A stretch of 33,017 bases of DNA from Candidatus Brocadiaceae bacterium. Its GTDB lineage: Bacteria > Planctomycetota > Brocadiia > Brocadiales > Bathyanammoxibiaceae. The position numbers and the translations under genes were made by a program. Each line of letters starts with the position of its first letter. Position 1 is the stretch's first letter. Location: contig JASEHG010000002.1 in assembly GCA_030018855.1 (NCBI GenBank), forward strand, positions 1 through 33,017, written 5' to 3'. The notes below the pieces were generated by a model that searched no databases, was not told where the DNA came from, and saw only the letters and a program-made list of their open reading frames with translations. Positions 30,347 through 33,017 of the stretch are shown in pieces.

Positions 30347-30895
30347 TTATACCGTCTCTACTTGCCAGTATTCTAGCTCTACCGGGGTTGCCCTTCCAAA
30401 GATGGTGATAATTATCCTCACCCTCCCAGTCCCTTCCATAATCTCTTCCACTATGCCCTCAAAGTTCTCAAAGGGGCCTTCCTTGACCCTGACCCTTTCT
30501 CCTTCCTTGAAATGTATCTTGGCCTTGGGTCTCTCCTCGCCCTTTTCCACCTCAGAGAGCATCTTTTCTACCTCATAAGTGGCCATGGGTACTGGCTTGG
30601 TGCGTTCTCCTCCCAAGAAGTCCCCTGACCCTGGGGTTTCTCTTATGAGGAACCATACATCGGAAGGCATGTTCCCCTGTTCGTCCACCTCTACTTCTGC
30701 CATAATATAACCAGGGAAGACCTTCCTTTCGCTAATCCTCTTTTTACCGCCTTTAATCTCAGAGACCTTCTCCGTGGGCACCAAGACCTTGGAGACCTTG
30801 TTTTCTAGGCCCCTGGCCTTTATGCACTCCTCCAGGGCCTTTCTTACCTTATCTTCTTTGTTACTCTGTACCCTCAGTACAAACCACTTCTTCAT
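30347..30895 (-). CDS. nusG: Transcription termination/antitermination factor NusG
   Basis: NGN domain WFVL...FPGY...ETPG and KOW domain GERVRVKEGPFENFEG...IFGRATPVEL. Confidence 0.98.
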   Translation of the reverse strand: MKKWFVLRVQSNKEDKVRKALEECIKARGLENKVSKVLVPTEKVSEIKGGKKRISERKVFPGYIMAEVEVDEQGNMPSDVWFLIRETPGSGDFLGGERTKPVPMATYEVEKMLSEVEKGEERPKAKIHFKEGERVRVKEGPFENFEGIVEEIMEGTGRVRIIITIFGRATPVELEYWQVETV

Positions 30896-31038
30896 ACGAT
30901 TACAAGCACACTCAATGTGGATTAGTGGGATACCTTTCTTGCCGATAGATACCTAGAGGCCGGACTGGAGGAATATTACTACGAGATTTGGGGTATTCCT
31001 CTTAGATGCTAACCCGCCCTGCCCAAGGCAGGAGGCCT

Positions 31039-31497
31039 TCATAGAAAGCCTATCCATTGCATGACCCTTGTTATTACCCAATCTACCCCAAAGATGTAAA
31101 TACCCAATACGATTACCGAGAATATCACCACCACCGTGGAGCCTGTAAGTTCCTCTCTAGTGGGCCAGGAGACCTTCTGGAGTTCTCCCTGTGTATCTAT
31201 TAGGAACTCCACTACCTTTTTACTATTACTATCCAGCGTCCCGAGGCCTGTCTCAAGGCCCGTAGTCAGTGCCCCAATAATAACCGTGCTGATGATAAAA
31301 AATACAATGGCACTGGCAAGACCCCAGGTGAGTGGCATCTCTACCAGTGGTACTCTGGCACCCGCATACACCTCAGGGGATTCTATGAAGCTCCCGTATA
31401 AGGCATGGGCGGCCATCAGGGTCAGGAGCCCAAGACCTGCCCCCATAAAAATCCTTGCATGAATCCCTTGGTTTTTTTTATAAATCTCTAGAGCCAT
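31039..31497 (-). CDS. secE: Preprotein translocase subunit SecE (long, three-TM form)
   Basis: EFLIDTQGELQKVSWPTREE followed by a C-terminal TM helix. Start moved to the ATG at 31497 because the longer ORF runs through tRNA-Trp. Confidence 0.93.
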   Translation of the reverse strand: MALEIYKKNQGIHARIFMGAGLGLLTLMAAHALYGSFIESPEVYAGARVPLVEMPLTWGLASAIVFFIISTVIIGALTTGLETGLGTLDSNSKKVVEFLIDTQGELQKVSWPTREELTGSTVVVIFSVIVLGIYIFGVDWVITRVMQWIGFL

Positions 31498-31514
31498 TCC
31501 CGGCCCGATGTTAA

Positions 31515-31590
31515 TGGCAGGTCCGGAGGGACTCGAACCCCCAACACCCGGATTTGGAGTCCGGTGCTCTACCATTAGAGCTACGGACCT
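31515..31590 (-). tRNA. tRNA-Trp (CCA)
   Basis: 76-nt cloverleaf: acceptor AGGTCCG/CGGACCT, anticodon arm CCGGA-CTCCAAA-TCCGG, T-loop TTCGAGT and encoded 3' CCA. Confidence 0.98.
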
Positions 31591-31596
31591 AGTTCC

Positions 31597-31749
31597 CTAT
31601 TTCTTGTGTTCCTTATGCACCGTATGTTTCCTACAGTAGCGACAGTACTTCTTGATCTCCAACTTCTCGGTAGCCCTGGCCTTCCGGGTACTCCGGTAGT
31701 TCCTGCCGGAACACTCGGAACAGATTAGGGTTATAGCTTCACGTACCAT
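31597..31749 (-). CDS. rpmG: 50S ribosomal protein L33 (Zn-type)
   Basis: Manual translation: [50 protein letters not shown]. Confidence 0.97.
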   Translation of the reverse strand: MVREAITLICSECSGRNYRSTRKARATEKLEIKKYCRYCRKHTVHKEHKK

Positions 31750-31756
31750 TATACCA

Positions 31757-32959
31757 TTATTTAAGTATCTTGGTAACTACCCCAGCCCCCACGGTATGAC
31801 CACCCTCTCGGATAGCAAACCTGAGGTTCTCTTCCATGGCTATCGGGGTAATGAGTTCTATGGAGAGCTTTACGTTGTCCCCAGGCATAACCATGTCCGT
31901 CCCCTGGGGTAGGTTTGCTACGCCGGTAACGTCCGTAGTCCTGAAGTAAAACTGTGGCCTGTAGCCCTTGAAGAAGGGGGTGTGCCTGCCTCCCTCTTCT
32001 TTGGTCAGGATGTATACCTCAGCCTCAAAGTCCGTATGGGGGGTGATGCTTCCTGGAGCCGCAAGTACATGTCCCCTCTCAAGTTGTTCTTTCTCTATCC
32101 CTCGGAGGAGTATCCCCAAATTGTCCCCGGCCTGACCTTCATCCAGGGTCTTATTAAACATCTCCACCCCTGTCACCACCGTCTTCTTTATCTCCCGGCT
32201 GAGGCCCACTATGTCTATCTCTTCTCCAACCTTTACCTTGCCCCTATCCACCCTCCCGGTACCCACGGTGCCCCTGCCCTTTATACTGAAGACGTCTTCT
32301 ATAGACATAAGGAAGGGCTTTTCTATCTCCCTCTTGGGGGTGGGGACATAGTTATCCACGGCGTCCATTAACTGCCATATTGGCCCGCACTTTGGGCACT
32401 CCCTCTTGGCGCAACCACAACCACTGGCATTCAAGGCCGAGCCCCTAACCACTGGGGTCTCGTCCCCCGGGAATTTGTACTTCTTTAATAGTTCCCTGAC
32501 CTCCATCTCCACCAAATCCTGGAGTTCCTTATCCTCTAAGGCATCTAGCTTGTTCATAAATACCACTATGGCAGGTACCCCTACCTGACGGGCCAGGAGG
32601 ATATGCTCCCTGGTCTGGGGCATAGGCCCATCCGGGGCGCTAACTACCAGTATAGCCCCGTCCATCTGGGCCGCCCCTGTAATCATATTCTTTATGTAGT
32701 CTGCATGGCCGGGGCAGTCCACGTGTGCGTAGTGTCTCTTTTCCGTCTCATACTCTACGTGAGAGATAGCAATGGTGATACCCCTTTCCTTCTCCTCCGG
32801 GGCATTGTCTATGGTATCAAAGGGCCTCTCCTTGGCCAGTCCTGCCTTTGCAAGGATGTGAGTTATCACGGAGGTCAGGGTAGTTTTGCCGTGGTCTATG
32901 TGTCCAATAGTTCCAACGTTTACGTGAGGCTTCGTTCTCTTAAATACTTCCTTTGCCAT
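31757..32959 (-). CDS. tuf: Elongation factor Tu
   Basis: [26 protein letters not shown] and RFAIREGG. Confidence 0.99.
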   Translation of the reverse strand: MAKEVFKRTKPHVNVGTIGHIDHGKTTLTSVITHILAKAGLAKERPFDTIDNAPEEKERGITIAISHVEYETEKRHYAHVDCPGHADYIKNMITGAAQMDGAILVVSAPDGPMPQTREHILLARQVGVPAIVVFMNKLDALEDKELQDLVEMEVRELLKKYKFPGDETPVVRGSALNASGCGCAKRECPKCGPIWQLMDAVDNYVPTPKREIEKPFLMSIEDVFSIKGRGTVGTGRVDRGKVKVGEEIDIVGLSREIKKTVVTGVEMFNKTLDEGQAGDNLGILLRGIEKEQLERGHVLAAPGSITPHTDFEAEVYILTKEEGGRHTPFFKGYRPQFYFRTTDVTGVANLPQGTDMVMPGDNVKLSIELITPIAMEENLRFAIREGGHTVGAGVVTKILK

Positions 32960-33003
32960 ATCACCTTCTCCTTAAGTTTAAATCTGTGGCCCGCTTATGA
33001 AGC

Positions 33004-33017
33004 TGGAGCTGCTGATG
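33004..33017 (-). tRNA. 3' end of a tRNA cut by the window edge (tRNA-Thr expected from synteny)
   Basis: Minus strand reads CATCAGCAGCTCCA, consistent with an acceptor 3' strand plus CCA just upstream of tuf. The anticodon is not visible. Confidence 0.5.

Noticed and set aside
31498-31575. Apparent N-terminal extension of SecE
   Set aside because: It is a reading frame running through tRNA-Trp; the ATG at 31497 is the plausible start.
31515-31590. Alternative genetic code or suppressor tRNA
   Set aside because: The anticodon is standard CCA, and TAA, TAG and TGA all terminate conserved genes at the expected positions.

Overview
About 31 kb of this 33 kb window is one uninterrupted minus-strand transcription/translation superoperon: (tRNA 3' end)-tuf-rpmG-tRNA-Trp-secE-nusG-rplKAJL-rpoBC-rpsLG-fusA-S10-spc-secY-adk-map-infA-rpmJ-alpha operon. 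The RpoA N-terminus (MRIRWRG), the long three-TM SecE and the absence of rpmD suggest a Planctomycetota genome, possibly Ca. Brocadiia-like; this is inference. Four things depart from the textbook cluster. (1) A 278-aa class I SAM-dependent methyltransferase gene sits between rpsM and rpsK, tightly coupled on both sides; this is the best candidate for an undescribed translation-related system. (2) HIT hydrolase and dual-specificity phosphatase genes follow rplQ. (3) L17 has a large internal insertion and EF-Tu has a four-Cys insertion. (4) At the left edge is the 5' part of an IS110-family DEDD recombinase gene, preceded by a near-consensus promoter and a structured leader that hides its Shine-Dalgarno sequence (candidate bridge/seek-RNA region). 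Two short-period repeat arrays overlap gene stop codons. All calls come from reading motifs by eye; no database search or folding program was run.
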